Virus record (IMG/VR): IMGVR_UViG_3300008261_000019
Coordinates: 1 to 60,014 of that record
Strand: one strand, 5' to 3'
From: a virus
Lineage: Duplodnaviria; Caudoviricetes
DNA length: 60,014 nucleotides
Part shown: positions 59,189 through 60,014 of the stretch, piece by piece
How positions within the stretch are numbered: position 1 is the first letter of the stretch
How the letters are laid out: the number at the start of each line of letters is the position of its first letter
The notes under the pieces: model-generated
What the model was told of the DNA's origin: nothing
The model's database searches: none
The model's input: the letters and a program-made list of their open reading frames with translations, nothing else
Program-made: the position numbers and the translations under genes

Positions 59189-60014
59189 ATGATTATGCCA
59201 TTGAAACGTTCACAGTTTGTTGTACCTGTATTGGATTGCCGTGATTTTGATATTACTGCTGATGGGTTGCTTTTTAATTCCGACAAAGCGATTCGCGTTT
59301 CCATTTCCGAAAACCGTTTGTTCCGCATGTTCGGTGCCGAGAATTTCTGCATCTTGACTGGTCATAGTAAGGTCAAGAAACATATTCGTTCCGCGATGCT
59401 GTTTAAAGGTTTCATGATGGACGGTAAACATTGGGTTCGTGTGATGCGTTCTCCTTCTCAGTTCCGTACTGCTAAAGCGTACTACACTTGCTTAGACCGC
59501 GATATGGTTCGCAAAGCTGTTGTTCATGATGCGGATTTGGGTTGGTTAAATGAAGCTAATATCGCAAAAGCAGAATCCCGTATTGGTGGTCAATCCCTTG
59601 CTTCTACGATTTCTTTAGTTGCTGATTTCACATTTAAAGTGGTTCCCGATGTTGTGAAAACCATGAAGCTGTCCATCGGTAAAATCGTTGATGGCAAGCT
59701 CACTACGGAAGCAACTGATGTTGATGTCAATCTTACTGATGGCAATGGCTTGGTTAAGTATGCTACGGCTCAAGGCTGGGCAATGGATTTAGGTCTTACT
59801 TATGTTCCATCTTTGTTCCAGTTCCGTTATGGCGGTATGAAGGGTACTTTGACTGTTTGGGATTGGGACGGAGCTGAAGATATCATCTTCACTAGTGGTC
59901 AGGTCAAGTATCAATGTGATTTGAGTCAGTGCAATATGGAAATTCTTCAGTATCAGAAACCTGCTCACTCTCCTTGGGCTCGACTTCATTCTCAAGCAGT
60001 TACGCAATTAACGG
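59189..60014 (+). CDS. YonO-like / cellular RdRP-family single-subunit RNA polymerase, 5' part (truncated by the window)
   Basis: Not in the ORF track. SD AAGGGAG with ATG at 59189 or 59195. Translates MPLKRSQFVV...RSPSQFRTAK...NLTDGNGLVK...VPSLFQFRYGGMKGTL, matching the DG.G and PS.FQ.RYGG.KG motifs of the eukaryotic RdRP/YonO family. Confidence 0.85.
   Translation, partial: MIMPLKRSQFVVPVLDCRDFDITADGLLFNSDKAIRVSISENRLFRMFGAENFCILTGHSKVKKHIRSAMLFKGFMMDGKHWVRVMRSPSQFRTAKAYYTCLDRDMVRKAVVHDADLGWLNEANIAKAESRIGGQSLASTISLVADFTFKVVPDVVKTMKLSIGKIVDGKLTTEATDVDVNLTDGNGLVKYATAQGWAMDLGLTYVPSLFQFRYGGMKGTLTVWDWDGAEDIIFTSGQVKYQCDLSQCNMEILQYQKPAHSPWARLHSQAVTQLT

Noticed and set aside
58139-59189. ORFs 58139-58648 and 58545-59189
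   Set aside because: They run through parS sites, tandem repeats and a low-complexity tract, and have odd composition; probably non-coding, although an SD-like GAGGTG precedes the ATG at 58620
59210-60007. Minus-strand ORFs 59210-59431 and 59789-60007
   Set aside because: Antisense to the RdRP/YonO-like reading frame

Overview
This window is part of a large tailed (myovirus-like) phage infecting a spore-forming Firmicute, probably Bacillales. Host evidence is an SLH-domain amidase, Bacillus-type parS sites and Firmicute Shine-Dalgarno (SD) sequences. Positions 1-49.5 kb are an AT-rich, minus-strand virion morphogenesis block. It holds a terminase large subunit split by a group I intron with a LAGLIDADG endonuclease, portal, prohead protease, decoration and major capsid proteins, two sheath-like and three tube-domain proteins, chaperones, fibres and giant virion proteins. 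After an AT-rich strand switch (~49.5-50.5 kb) comes a more GC-rich plus-strand, probably early, region. It ends in a truncated YonO/cellular-RdRP-like RNA polymerase that the ORF track misses. The intergenic spaces of this region are packed with structured nucleic acid: a twister ribozyme, a hammerhead ribozyme, two copies of an unidentified covarying RNA motif, two related H-type pseudoknots, three diverged GUC-rich non-coding elements, paired palindromic leaders and two parS sites. All calls come from reading the sequence and motifs by eye; no database searches were run.
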